Source: Bacteroidales bacterium (GTDB taxonomy: Bacteria > Bacteroidota > Bacteroidia > Bacteroidales > WCHB1-69). Taken from it: a DNA stretch of 64,000 bases. The notes beneath the pieces were generated by a model. It searched no databases and was not told the origin of the DNA. It saw only the letters and a program-made list of their open reading frames with translations. Positions within the stretch are counted from its first letter, which is position 1. Every line of letters starts with the position of its first letter. Location of the stretch: contig JAKSMC010000001.1 of assembly GCA_024400835.1 (NCBI GenBank), positions 16,335 through 80,334 of the forward strand. The letters are read 5' to 3'. Positions 29,962-39,349 of this stretch are shown here, piece after piece. A program made the position numbers and the translations under genes.

Positions 29962-29969
29962 TATTTTTG
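29962..29969 (+). promoter_or_regulatory. -7 promoter box TATTTTTG for rpmE
   Basis: Matches TAnnTTTG 40 nt upstream of the ATG at 30009. Confidence 0.5.
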
Positions 29970-30008
29970 CGGTCCAAATTTTTAGACAACAAATAAAGCA
30001 ATAATAAG

Positions 30009-30278
30009 ATGAAAAAAGGTATCCATCCAAAAGAGTATAGAACGGTTGTATTCAAAGACATGTCAAACGATTACGCTTTCTTGACAAAGTCTACCGTTGC
30101 TACAAAAGACACCATTCAATGGGAAGACGGAAATGAATATCCGCTGGTTAAGTTAGAAATCTCCAATACATCTCACCCGTTCTTCACAGGTAAGATGAAA
30201 CTCGTCGACACCGCTGGTCGTGTTGATAAGTTCCGCAACAAATATGCTCGTCATTTGGACGCTAACAAATCTAAATAA
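30009..30278 (+). CDS. rpmE: 50S ribosomal protein L31 (type B, non-zinc form)
   Basis: [15 protein letters not shown]... and HPFFTGK. Confidence 0.9.
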   Translation: MKKGIHPKEYRTVVFKDMSNDYAFLTKSTVATKDTIQWEDGNEYPLVKLEISNTSHPFFTGKMKLVDTAGRVDKFRNKYARHLDANKSK

Positions 30279-30292
30279 TCCATAATATTTTG

Positions 30293-30300
30293 TACTTTTG
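30293..30300 (+). promoter_or_regulatory. -7 promoter box TACTTTTG, candidate lon promoter
   Basis: A TAnnTTTG match that directly abuts the rpmE terminator hairpin. Confidence 0.4.
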
Positions 30301-30338
30301 CTGACCTTTTTTGTAGAACAAGAAAGGTCAGTTTTTTT
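30301..30338 (+). terminator. Rho-independent terminator after rpmE
   Basis: A 9-bp stem CTGACCTTT/AAAGGTCAG with a 13-nt loop, then T7. Confidence 0.7.
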
Positions 30339-30357
30339 ATTTATTAACTCCCTGAAG

Positions 30358-32781
30358 ATGAAGGACATATCCCTTTTAGAAGACATTTTAGACAGCGACT
30401 CCAACTTCATACCGCTCTTTTCCTTGGATGACGAAGCCAGCCTCCAAAAAGTCCCCGTGCCCGACGAAATCGCCCTGCTGCCCTTGCGCAACACGCTCCT
30501 TTTCCCCGGCATGATTATCCCCATCAATGTGGGCAGGACAAAATCCATACGCCTGGCACAGGAATATTCCCATTCCACGGAGACCTTCGGCGTCATCGCA
30601 CAACGCACCAACGACGTGGAAGAGCCCACCGCAGATGACCTCTACAAAGTCGGCACACTGGCCCGCATCATCAAGCACATCACTATGCCCGACGGCGGTG
30701 TGACCATCATCGTGCAAGGCATCAAGAGCTTCACACTCAAGGAAATCACACAGACAGAACCTTACTACAAAGGCGCTGTCGAACCCCTCGTCACCAACGA
30801 ACTCGACCCCGCCATTGTCAACCACAAGAACTTCAAGGCCTTAGTGTCCACGCTTCGCGACACCGCAGGACGCATGATCAAAATGGCGCCCAACATGCCA
30901 CGCGAGGCCGCACTCGCCCTCAAAAATATCGAAAGCAACTCCTTCCTTATCAACTTCCTGGCTTCCAACCTCAACACTTCCGTCGAGGACAAACAACACA
31001 TCCTCGAGGAAACCAACATCGTTGACCGCGCCAAAACGGTACTCAAGTACCTCAACCGCGACATCCAGATGCTGGAACTCAAAAACCAGATCCAGGACAA
31101 GTCCAAACAGGAGTTGGACAAACAGCAGCGCGAATACTTCCTCAACCAGCAGATGAAGACCATCCAGGAAGAATTAGGTGGGTCTCCTTCTGAAAAAGAC
31201 TACGCCTCCCTCAAGGAACGCGCCGCCAAGAAAAAATGGGACAAGGAAACAGCAGCGCTCTTCAACAAGGAGTTGGAAAAACTGCAACGCACCAACCCCA
31301 TGGCGCCCGACTACTCCGTACAGCTCAACTACTTGGAGCTGCTCGTTGACCTGCCGTGGAACGAATTCAGCAAAGACAACTTCGACCTGCAGCGCGCCCG
31401 CAAGGTGCTCGACAAAGACCACTACGGCTTGGACAAGGTGAAGGAGCGTATCCTCGAGTATCTTGCCGTCCTCAAATTGAAAGGCGACATGAAGTCTCCG
31501 ATTCTCTGTCTGGCAGGCCCTCCGGGCGTGGGTAAAACCTCCCTCGGAAAGTCCGTCGCCGCCGCACTGGGACGTAAATACGTACGCGTCTCCCTCGGCG
31601 GTCTTCGCGACGAGTCTGAAATCCGCGGACACCGCAAGACCTACATCGGCGCCATGCCCGGCCGCATCATCCAGAACATGCGCAAGGCCGGCTATGCCAA
31701 CCCTGTGTTCGTATTGGACGAAATTGACAAAATCACGGGTATGAACGTCCAGGGTGACCCCTCCGCCGCACTGCTGGAAGTTATGGATCCCGAACAGAAT
31801 AACGCATTCTACGACAACTACCTGGAGACCTCTTTCGACCTCTCCCGCGTGCTCTTCATTGCCACAGCCAATGACCTCGGCAGCGTACATCCCGCTCTTC
31901 GCGACCGTATGGAGATCATCGAAGTGCCCGGATATCTGGCCGAAGAGAAGCTGGAAATCGCCAAACGCCATCTGGTTCCTAAGCAGTTGGACGAAAACGG
32001 ATTGAGTAAGAAGGACCTTCAGATTCCGGCGAAAACTATTGAAACGGTCATCAGCGAATACACCCGCGAATCCGGTGTGCGTACGTTGGAACGCACGATT
32101 GCCAAAATCATCCGCAAACGTGCCGCGCAACTGGTTCAGGAAGGGCATATTGAAAAGAAAGTAGAACCTAAGGACCTGAAAGAGATTCTCGGCTCACCCA
32201 TCTTCCAATTGGAGAAGGCTTTCGACAACTCCGTACCGGGCGTGGCCACAGGCTTGGCTTGGACAGCCGTGGGCGGTGAAATCCTCTTCGTGGAGGCTCT
32301 GACCTCTCCGGGCAAAGGCGAACTCACCATGACCGGCAGCCTCGGCGACGTGATGAAGGAATCCGCCACCATCGCCTACGAGTTTCTCAAAGCTCACGCC
32401 GAAAACTTCGGCATTGACCCTGCCGTCTTCGAAAAGAAGAAAGTCCACGTGCACGTGCCAGAAGGTGCCACCCCGAAAGACGGCCCTTCCGCCGGCATCA
32501 CCATACTCACCGCTCTCATCTCCGCGTTTACCGGCAAAACCTTGCGCGACAAAATCGCCATGACCGGTGAAATCACCCTGCGCGGAAAACTCCTCCCCGT
32601 GGGCGGCATCAAGGAGAAAATCCTCGCCGCCAAACGCAGCGGCATCTACGACATCGTGATGTGCGCCGACAACAAAAAGGACATCGACGACATCAAAGAG
32701 AACTTCATCGACGGTATGCACTTCCACTACTTCTCCTCTATGAAAGAGGCCGTGGAGTTCAACTTCGGCATTGACCGTTAA
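30358..32781 (+). CDS. lon: ATP-dependent Lon protease
   Basis: Walker [10 protein letters not shown] and the catalytic-Ser region [10 protein letters not shown]. The start is taken at MKDISLLED. Confidence 0.95.
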   Translation: MKDISLLEDILDSDSNFIPLFSLDDEASLQKVPVPDEIALLPLRNTLLFPGMIIPINVGRTKSIRLAQEYSHSTETFGVIAQRTNDVEEPTADDLYKVGTLARIIKHITMPDGGVTIIVQGIKSFTLKEITQTEPYYKGAVEPLVTNELDPAIVNHKNFKALVSTLRDTAGRMIKMAPNMPREAALALKNIESNSFLINFLASNLNTSVEDKQHILEETNIVDRAKTVLKYLNRDIQMLELKNQIQDKSKQELDKQQREYFLNQQMKTIQEELGGSPSEKDYASLKERAAKKKWDKETAALFNKELEKLQRTNPMAPDYSVQLNYLELLVDLPWNEFSKDNFDLQRARKVLDKDHYGLDKVKERILEYLAVLKLKGDMKSPILCLAGPPGVGKTSLGKSVAAALGRKYVRVSLGGLRDESEIRGHRKTYIGAMPGRIIQNMRKAGYANPVFVLDEIDKITGMNVQGDPSAALLEVMDPEQNNAFYDNYLETSFDLSRVLFIATANDLGSVHPALRDRMEIIEVPGYLAEEKLEIAKRHLVPKQLDENGLSKKDLQIPAKTIETVISEYTRESGVRTLERTIAKIIRKRAAQLVQEGHIEKKVEPKDLKEILGSPIFQLEKAFDNSVPGVATGLAWTAVGGEILFVEALTSPGKGELTMTGSLGDVMKESATIAYEFLKAHAENFGIDPAVFEKKKVHVHVPEGATPKDGPSAGITILTALISAFTGKTLRDKIAMTGEITLRGKLLPVGGIKEKILAAKRSGIYDIVMCADNKKDIDDIKENFIDGMHFHYFSSMKEAVEFNFGIDR

Positions 32782-32798
32782 CACTGGCTGTTAGCCAT

Positions 32799-32823
32799 TT
32801 AAACTTTGAACCTTAAACTTTGG
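32799..32823 (+). repeat. Period-7 array TTAAACT TTGAACC TTAAACT TTGG downstream of lon
   Basis: Read directly. TAA, TGA and TAA occur at 32800, 32807 and 32814, so one falls in each frame. Confidence 0.6.
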
Positions 32824-32862
32824 CAGGGCGAAAATTTTTCGTCCCCCATTATAAAAAGCATT

Positions 32863-33912
32863 ATGGAAGACTTTCAATCAGCACTGACGGAACGCGAAGG
32901 CATCGAGCAGCCTCTGCAGGTAAACCCCAACTTGGTACGTCGCAAGCGCAGGGTACTGTCCTTGGACGACTATGTGAGCGGCATCCTCAAGGGTGACCGT
33001 GTCATATTGAGCCGTGCCATCACGTTGATTGAGAGTGCCAATCCTGAGCATTTCGACATGGCGCAGAGCATCATCGAGCGTTGTCTGCCGCATTCCGGCA
33101 ACTCATTGCGCATCGGCATCACGGGTGTGCCCGGCGTGGGCAAGAGCACCTTCATCGAGGCGTTCGGCAAGTTGCTCACCGGACTGGGCCACAAAGTGGC
33201 CGTTTTGGCCATCGACCCCAGCAGTGAGCGCACCAAGGGCAGCATCTTGGGCGACAAGACGCGCATGGAGTCCCTGTCCGTCGATCCTGACGCCTTCATC
33301 CGGCCTTCGCCCTCCGGCAGCACCTTAGGCGGCGTTGCCCGCAAGACGCGCGAGAGCATCGTGCTCTGCGAAGCCGCCGGCTTTGACGTCATCATCGTCG
33401 AAACCGTTGGCGTAGGCCAATCAGAGACGGTCGTGAAGTCCATGGTGGACTTCTTCCTCTTGTTGATGCTGGCCGGTGCCGGCGACGAGTTGCAGGGCAT
33501 CAAACGCGGCATTATGGAGATGGCCGACGGCTTGGTCATCAACAAAGCCGACGGCGACAACAAGCCCAAGGCCGTGGGCGCACAGGCCCAGTACAGAATG
33601 GCCCTCAAGCTGTTCCCGAAGAACGAAAGTTGCTGGGACGTGCCCGTAGAGGTGTGCTCCGCACTTGAAGGCTTTGCCATCGACAAGGTGTGGAATATGA
33701 TACAACGCTACGAAGCCCTCACCAAAGGCAACGGCTACTTCGAGAAAAACCGCACCGAACAGAACGTCAACATTTTCTACAACTGGATAAATTTCACGTT
33801 ACAAAACAATTTTTACAATGACGAGGAAAAAGCCCTGGCCATCGAAAGGCTTCTGCCGCTCATCCGCGAAAAGAAGATCTCGCCCTATATGGCAGCCTCC
33901 TCGCTCATCTGA
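32863..33912 (+). CDS. meaB: Methylmalonyl-CoA mutase-associated G-protein chaperone (MeaB/ArgK)
   Basis: P-loop [19 protein letters not shown] and the NKAD motif. Confidence 0.9.
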   Translation: MEDFQSALTEREGIEQPLQVNPNLVRRKRRVLSLDDYVSGILKGDRVILSRAITLIESANPEHFDMAQSIIERCLPHSGNSLRIGITGVPGVGKSTFIEAFGKLLTGLGHKVAVLAIDPSSERTKGSILGDKTRMESLSVDPDAFIRPSPSGSTLGGVARKTRESIVLCEAAGFDVIIVETVGVGQSETVVKSMVDFFLLLMLAGAGDELQGIKRGIMEMADGLVINKADGDNKPKAVGAQAQYRMALKLFPKNESCWDVPVEVCSALEGFAIDKVWNMIQRYEALTKGNGYFEKNRTEQNVNIFYNWINFTLQNNFYNDEEKALAIERLLPLIREKKISPYMAASSLI

Positions 33913-33933
33913 CAAACAACAACACACACCAAT

Positions 33934-34605
33934 ATGAACAAGGTCTCGGAAAACCCTTCAAAAAACCGAACATTACCCCCGCTCGTCGTAATCGTAGGTT
34001 TGCTTGTCACCTGCTACCTGACGGCCAATGTCATGGCCGTGAAATTGATCAATGTCTTCGGCGTAACCATTTTCGACGCAGGCACCATCATCTTCCCCAT
34101 CACCTATATGTTAGGCGACGTGCTCACGGAAATATGGGGATATCAAACCGCCAAGCGCGTGATCTGGCTGACATTCTTCTGCGAAATAATCTTCACCGTA
34201 TTTGTCTGGATAGGCATTTGGCTGCCCTTCCCGGAGGAGACTGCCGCCAACGCGGAAGCCTACCATCAGGTATTCGCCTTCGTGCCGCGCATCACTATAG
34301 CGTCGCTTTTAGCATTCCTATGTGGCGAGTTAATCAATGCCTGGGCCATGGTCAAAATCAAAGAGCGCACCAAGGGCCGTCATCTGTGGATACGGACCAT
34401 CGGTTCCTCCGTGTTCGGCTACATCGTTGACACCACCATATTCGTCTGCATCGCCTTCATAGGCACAGTGCCCACGCGGGACATACTCTCGATGATAGGC
34501 ATCCAGATTGTAGTCAAGTTGCTCATTGAGAGCCTCGGCGCCACCCCTATGGCATACGCTCTGATTGGGTGGCTGAAGGCCTTAGACCTTGATATCGAAC
34601 ATTGA
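33934..34605 (+). CDS. yhhQ: Queuosine-precursor transporter (YhhQ/VUT family)
   Basis: FPITYMLGDVLTEIWGY motif in a multi-TM protein. Confidence 0.8.
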   Translation: MNKVSENPSKNRTLPPLVVIVGLLVTCYLTANVMAVKLINVFGVTIFDAGTIIFPITYMLGDVLTEIWGYQTAKRVIWLTFFCEIIFTVFVWIGIWLPFPEETAANAEAYHQVFAFVPRITIASLLAFLCGELINAWAMVKIKERTKGRHLWIRTIGSSVFGYIVDTTIFVCIAFIGTVPTRDILSMIGIQIVVKLLIESLGATPMAYALIGWLKALDLDIEH

Positions 34606-34628
34606 CATTGACTTTTTGGGGGCGCATC

Positions 34629-34663
34629 CTGAAATCTGAAACCTGAAACTTGAAACTTAAAGC
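34629..34663 (+). repeat. Period-7 array CTGAAAT CTGAAAC CTGAAAC TTGAAAC TTAAAGC between the convergent yhhQ and purF-like genes
   Basis: Read directly. TGA occurs at 34630, 34637, 34644 and 34651, and TAA at 34658. A hexamer repeat ACATTG x2 over the yhhQ stop (34599..34612) precedes it. Confidence 0.65.
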
Positions 34664-34720
34664 TCACTGCGTCTTTGCGGTGAAAACAAAACCGCAGAGG
34701 CGTGAAGAGGCAAAGTCCGG

Positions 34721-36127
34721 TTATTCGCCAAAGGATGAACCGTCGAAGCAATGGGTGCACAATCGCTCTTTGGGCAGGCCGATGGCCTTGGCAATCGTGT
34801 CTAACTTATTGAATTTCAATGTATCGACACCAAGGTGTTTGCGAATCACCTCCACCATATTGGCGTATTCTTTCGTTGTGTCGTCACAATATTTTTCAAG
34901 ATTTCTGATTTCACCGCCTTCCAGTTCGGCAATTACCCGGCGGGTGATGAGTTCCATTTCCGTTTTGGATGCGGAGAAGTTGAGGAAGTGGCAGCCATAG
35001 TTCAACGGCGGGCAACTGATACGGATGTGCACCTCCTTGGCGCCGTAGCCGTACAGTTTCTTCACATTGTCGCGCAACTGCGTGCCGCGCACGATGGAAT
35101 CATCGCAGAAGACAATACGCTGGTCCTTCATCACGCCGGTGTTGGGCAGTAACTTCATACGAGCCACGTGCTCGCGCGTGTCTTGGTCAACAGGCATAAA
35201 ACTACGAGACCAAGTGGGAGTGTATTTGGTAATACCGCGTTTGTAGGGCACGTTTTTGCCGGCAGCATAACCTAAGGCCATAGCGATTCCTGAATCGGGA
35301 ATGGCGGACACCATATCCACTTCGATATCATCCTCCTTGCCCATTTCGTAGCCGTACATATATCGTGTGTTTTCAACGTTGATGCCCTCGTAATCAGCCG
35401 TCGGATAGCCGTAATATATCCAGAGGAATGAGCAGACCTGCATCTTGGGATTGGGAGCCAAAAGTTGTTCAACGCCTTCGGCCGTCACCTTCAGAATCTC
35501 ACCAGGAGCGACAAATTTTTCAACAGAGTAGTCCAGGTTGGCAAAGCTGTGGCAGTCGAAGCAGAGGGCATGCGCACCCTCTTTCTTACCGACCACAATC
35601 GGCGTACGGCCGTAATAGTCACGTGCCGCAATAATGCCGTCATTTGTGAGGATGAGCATAGAGCAGGAACCTTTGACCTTGCGATAGACATTCTGGATGC
35701 CGTCCACGAAATCCTTGCCCTGCGTAATCATCAAAGCAATCAGCTCCGTAGGGTTGGTCTTGCCGGAGCTCAGTTCCGTAAACTGCTGATTTTTCGACAG
35801 ACAATCCTGTTCCAATTCGTCCAAATTGTTGATCTTAGCCACTGTGACGATGCCGAAACGGCCCAGATGCGAGTTCACCACGATAGGCTGAGCATCCGTA
35901 TCACTGATGACACCGATTCCGGCATTGCCTTTGAACTTAGCAAGGTCGTCACCGAACTTCGTTCTAAAATAAGAATTTTCTATGTTATGGATAGAACGAT
36001 GGAACACATTGTTCTCAATTGTCACCATACCGCCACGTTTCGTGCCGAGATGGGAATGGTAGTCAATACCATAAAAAAGATCAGGATTGCAGGGTCCGTT
36101 GGACACAACACCAAAAAATCCGCCCAT
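34721..36127 (-). CDS. Amidophosphoribosyltransferase-like protein (class II GATase-like domain plus PRTase domain) lacking the N-terminal Cys nucleophile
   Basis: It starts MGGFFGVV instead of MCG.... The PRPP motif IVFCDDSIVRGTQL is intact. Confidence 0.75.
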   Translation of the reverse strand: MGGFFGVVSNGPCNPDLFYGIDYHSHLGTKRGGMVTIENNVFHRSIHNIENSYFRTKFGDDLAKFKGNAGIGVISDTDAQPIVVNSHLGRFGIVTVAKINNLDELEQDCLSKNQQFTELSSGKTNPTELIALMITQGKDFVDGIQNVYRKVKGSCSMLILTNDGIIAARDYYGRTPIVVGKKEGAHALCFDCHSFANLDYSVEKFVAPGEILKVTAEGVEQLLAPNPKMQVCSFLWIYYGYPTADYEGINVENTRYMYGYEMGKEDDIEVDMVSAIPDSGIAMALGYAAGKNVPYKRGITKYTPTWSRSFMPVDQDTREHVARMKLLPNTGVMKDQRIVFCDDSIVRGTQLRDNVKKLYGYGAKEVHIRISCPPLNYGCHFLNFSASKTEMELITRRVIAELEGGEIRNLEKYCDDTTKEYANMVEVIRKHLGVDTLKFNKLDTIAKAIGLPKERLCTHCFDGSSFGE

Positions 36128-36183
36128 ATTGTTTTGATTGATAAAAAGTTTGTGTTAATGTTGAATTTTTAGCAAAGTGAGCG

Positions 36184-36191
36184 CAAAAATA
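36184..36191 (-). promoter_or_regulatory. -7 promoter box TATTTTTG for the purF-like gene
   Basis: Matches TAnnTTTG 57 nt upstream of the ATG at 36127. Confidence 0.45.
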
Positions 36192-36365
36192 CATTTTTGA
36201 TTTTTTCCTCAAACCGCCCCAACACCAAATTTATTACCAATTTATAAACAATATGCCCAAGCCGTATAAAGGCCGTCATCAGCGGCGGAAAGAAAAAAAA
36301 CATCGCATTTGCAATAATCAGTGATTCTTTACGTTACCCTTTTGTTTTTCTAAAATCAAGCACAT

Positions 36366-37691
36366 ATGAAAAAACAGATTCTATTTTTATGTCTGCTGTT
36401 CTCGACAACAATTTTTGCCCAAAACGAGAACAGCTACAATCCATTCAAAGGCTTCCACATCGGTCTGACGACGCAGGCCGAACTGGTTTCACCGACCATT
36501 TACCAAAGCACATCGGGCGGCAGTAATACGCCTTTGGCAAAACCGGGATTCGATTTTGAAGGAGGCCTTGAGTTCTCCTATCACTTTGCCAACTATTTCG
36601 GAATCTCTGCAGCCCTTGACTTCGGATCCACATTGGTTCAGCACGCCATTTTAGCAGACGGCAATGGTTCATACATTCCCTGGGAGAAGATTTCCAATCG
36701 AACATACAGTTTTGCGTGCCCCGTAAAGTTCGAATTCCACTACCCCGTCGGCAAAAACTTCTGGCTGATGTCCGACGTCGGCGTCCGTCTTGTCCAAGGC
36801 CAATTCGGGGCATATTCTACAAGCTGGGACGGCTATATAATAAATGAAAATGGGGATTTCGAGCGCTCTTCAAACTTTGAATCCGAAATCGATTACGGGA
36901 AGAAAAGACTCTTTGCCGACCTCACTTTCGATATGGGATTTTACTATCAGTTGCCATACGGAGATCTCCTCCGCGCTTCTGTAGGTGCAAATCTGGCTTT
37001 CCAGAACTACGCAGAAGGCAGTTATACCATTACGCCCACCGATGGCAGCGCTCCGGAAAGTGGCACCATCGTCTCACGCAACAATTTCGCGAACTTTCAA
37101 CTATCCTACATCCACACTTTCAAAAGATACAAAGAGCGGAAGCAGACAGATCCGTGGCGTACGGAACTTCCCCGTCACGAATTCCAGTTCAACATCGGCG
37201 ATCCGCACTATGCTATCGACTGTAGTTTTATCGGATGGGATGCAATATATCATGACAGATTCTTCACACCTGGCGCTTACACTTGGACGCAGCCACTGCC
37301 GGACTACACCATCGCGCGCTGCACCCCGACATTCTCTTTCAGCTACCACTATCGCGCACTCAAATGGCTATGGGTGGGCGCGACCAGCTCCATCACAGGC
37401 TTCAAAGCCACCTACCGCGACCGACTGACGGATGAAATCACCGGATCGAAAGGCGAAGTCCTCGGAACCCTTATGGGCGATTTGCGTTTCTCCTATCTCA
37501 ATCGCCAGCACGTCACCCTCTATTCCGGCTTCGGATTAGGCATAGCATTTGACAACCAAATCGGCGTCTTTCCTGCAGGGCAACTCACCGCTTTCGGCGT
37601 GAAAGCCGGCGGCAAGCACTGGTTCGGAAATCTGGAACTGGGTATCGGGCAAAAAGGATTTATGTCCGCCGGCTTCGGATACCAATTTTAG
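36366..37691 (+). CDS. Outer-membrane beta-barrel protein of unknown function
   Basis: Signal peptide ending FAQ, alternating aromatic/Gly-rich strand patterns and a terminal GFGYQF. Confidence 0.65.
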   Translation: MKKQILFLCLLFSTTIFAQNENSYNPFKGFHIGLTTQAELVSPTIYQSTSGGSNTPLAKPGFDFEGGLEFSYHFANYFGISAALDFGSTLVQHAILADGNGSYIPWEKISNRTYSFACPVKFEFHYPVGKNFWLMSDVGVRLVQGQFGAYSTSWDGYIINENGDFERSSNFESEIDYGKKRLFADLTFDMGFYYQLPYGDLLRASVGANLAFQNYAEGSYTITPTDGSAPESGTIVSRNNFANFQLSYIHTFKRYKERKQTDPWRTELPRHEFQFNIGDPHYAIDCSFIGWDAIYHDRFFTPGAYTWTQPLPDYTIARCTPTFSFSYHYRALKWLWVGATSSITGFKATYRDRLTDEITGSKGEVLGTLMGDLRFSYLNRQHVTLYSGFGLGIAFDNQIGVFPAGQLTAFGVKAGGKHWFGNLELGIGQKGFMSAGFGYQF

Positions 37692-37721
37692 AAAAAAACA
37701 ACCCCAAAATTGAATTTTATT

Positions 37722-38573
37722 ATGAAAAACATCGTTAGAAATATAGTATGGATAGCTTTGGTTGTAGTGCTGGCGGGCTGTGAAATCGGACAAGGCGAAC
37801 TGCAAAAAACCAAAACCGGCAAACTGATGTATGATGCCTGGAGCGAAGATATGTGGACGCTTTTCAACAAGATTATCGAGCCCGCATTCAATTTCAACAG
37901 CTGGCTTACCGCACCGGAAGCCGAAAGAGATGAGATTCTCAAAGAGTACTTCGTAGGCAGCACCACCATTTCCAACGAAGGCGGACAAAAATGGAAAATT
38001 GAATCTCCCAACGAGGAAGACATCCTCTACATTACTTTAGTAGAAGGGCAATCTTTATACGACGACAACTGCCAAATCCACGTTTTCTATCAAACCGAGA
38101 GCGAAAACGAGCCCGTTTTGTCATCCGAATTCATCATCAGCAAAGAAGAAGGAAACAGTTGGTCTGTGCATAAAGAAGGAGATGCCCTGCACTCATTGCA
38201 GCTGTCCTGGCCACAGTCTGCGGGCATACTTCCGAGCATCAAAAATTCCACATTTACCATCCAGGGCAACGGCATCTTCAGACATTGCTCCAATTATTGG
38301 AACTACCAAGGAGAGGATTATGTCCAGATCCAGACGCAAACCGACCTGCTGTTTGACATCACAGAGCCAGTGACGTGCACGCTCGAAGAGAACGACATGT
38401 GGTGGGTTTGGCCAAGTTACGCACAGATTGCGCAATTTAAGTCAGGGGAACTCACTTTGAAAGCCGAAGACGGCGAGGGCAATTTCAACATTGCCAACAT
38501 CACCATAATTGACGAAGACAAAATCAGTGTTGAAATCGAAGGCATAACGCAGACTTGGGAATCAGACGATTAG
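37722..38573 (+). CDS. Lipoprotein of unknown function
   Basis: MKNIVRNIVWIALVVVLAGC lipobox. The gene starts about 30 nt after the OMP gene. Confidence 0.65.
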   Translation: MKNIVRNIVWIALVVVLAGCEIGQGELQKTKTGKLMYDAWSEDMWTLFNKIIEPAFNFNSWLTAPEAERDEILKEYFVGSTTISNEGGQKWKIESPNEEDILYITLVEGQSLYDDNCQIHVFYQTESENEPVLSSEFIISKEEGNSWSVHKEGDALHSLQLSWPQSAGILPSIKNSTFTIQGNGIFRHCSNYWNYQGEDYVQIQTQTDLLFDITEPVTCTLEENDMWWVWPSYAQIAQFKSGELTLKAEDGEGNFNIANITIIDEDKISVEIEGITQTWESDD

Positions 38574-38596
38574 CCGATTTTATATAACATACTATC

Positions 38597-38631
38597 AGCG
38601 AACATTTTCCATTAGGAAGATGTTCGCTTTG
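38597..38631 (+). terminator. Terminator-like hairpin after the lipoprotein gene
   Basis: A 14-bp stem AGCGAACATTTTCC/GGAAGATGTTCGCT (one wobble) and loop ATTA. Only a short T-run follows. Confidence 0.5.
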
Positions 38632-38681
38632 CATTGTGGCTAATTTCGTCAGCGATTGACTGCGGCATAGACCTTTTTTTG

Positions 38682-38689
38682 TATTTTTG
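38682..38689 (+). promoter_or_regulatory. -7 promoter box TATTTTTG for the PASTA gene
   Basis: Matches TAnnTTTG 56 nt upstream of the ATG at 38745. Confidence 0.5.
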
Positions 38690-38744
38690 CGGCCTTGCAA
38701 TAAAATAGGGTATTTTCAGTTATCCTATTTCAATTTTTTAGATT

Positions 38745-39332
38745 ATGAAAAAACCTAATACCAATAGTTTGGGATTTCACATACTGGCGGCAGCCGTCGG
38801 GACATTGCTGCTCCTGTTCGTGATCATATTCCTCTTGCGCATCTTCACCCGCCACGGCAGGGAATTCGAGATGCCGAGTTTCATCGGGCAGAATGCCGAA
38901 GAGCTGACCCAGAGAGGCAAAGCCGAAGGCTTCGTGTTCGAAGTGAGCGACAACTTGTATGAAAACGGCAAAGAGCCCGGCACCGTGCTCAAGCAGGACC
39001 CCGCGCCGGGTGAGAAAGTGAAGAGAGGCCGCAAAGTGTACCTCACCGTCGCCGCCTCCGAGCCGCCCACCATCAAGATGCCCGAGCTGCACGACATCTC
39101 ACTCCGCCAGGCACAAATCATCCTGGAAGCACAGGGACTTGTGCTCGACAACGTCATCGAACGGCCCAGCCCTTACGAAAACGCCGTATTGGAAGTCCTC
39201 TACAAAGGACATGCCATCCATGCCGGCACGGAAATCAAGATGGGTGAGAAAATCACCCTCGTAGTAGGCAAAGACATCGGCGACCTTCCCGATGAGGAGA
39301 CGCCAGAAGAAACAACTGAACCCGAACCTTAA
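38745..39332 (+). CDS. Membrane-anchored protein with two PASTA domains and an acidic tail
   Basis: An N-terminal TM segment, then two PASTA-like repeats (MPSFIGQNAEEL..., MPELHDISLRQAQ...). There is no kinase or PBP domain. Confidence 0.7.
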   Translation: MKKPNTNSLGFHILAAAVGTLLLLFVIIFLLRIFTRHGREFEMPSFIGQNAEELTQRGKAEGFVFEVSDNLYENGKEPGTVLKQDPAPGEKVKRGRKVYLTVAASEPPTIKMPELHDISLRQAQIILEAQGLVLDNVIERPSPYENAVLEVLYKGHAIHAGTEIKMGEKITLVVGKDIGDLPDEETPEETTEPEP

Positions 39333-39349
39333 TCTGCTCTTAACAAAAT

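Noticed and set aside
31174-32148. A 324-aa ORF antisense to lon. Similar cases occur at 43062..44153 (antisense to hydB), 8815..9765, 1269..2117, 62551..63186 and 26214..26936
   Set aside because: All lie fully inside strongly supported genes on the opposite strand. They have the amino-acid bias typical of antisense frames.
36253-36324. A 23-codon highly basic ORF (MPKPYKGRHQRRKEKKHRICNNQ) upstream of the OMP gene
   Set aside because: It has no promoter box or conserved signature that I can recognise. It is short enough to arise by chance in an A-rich spacer.
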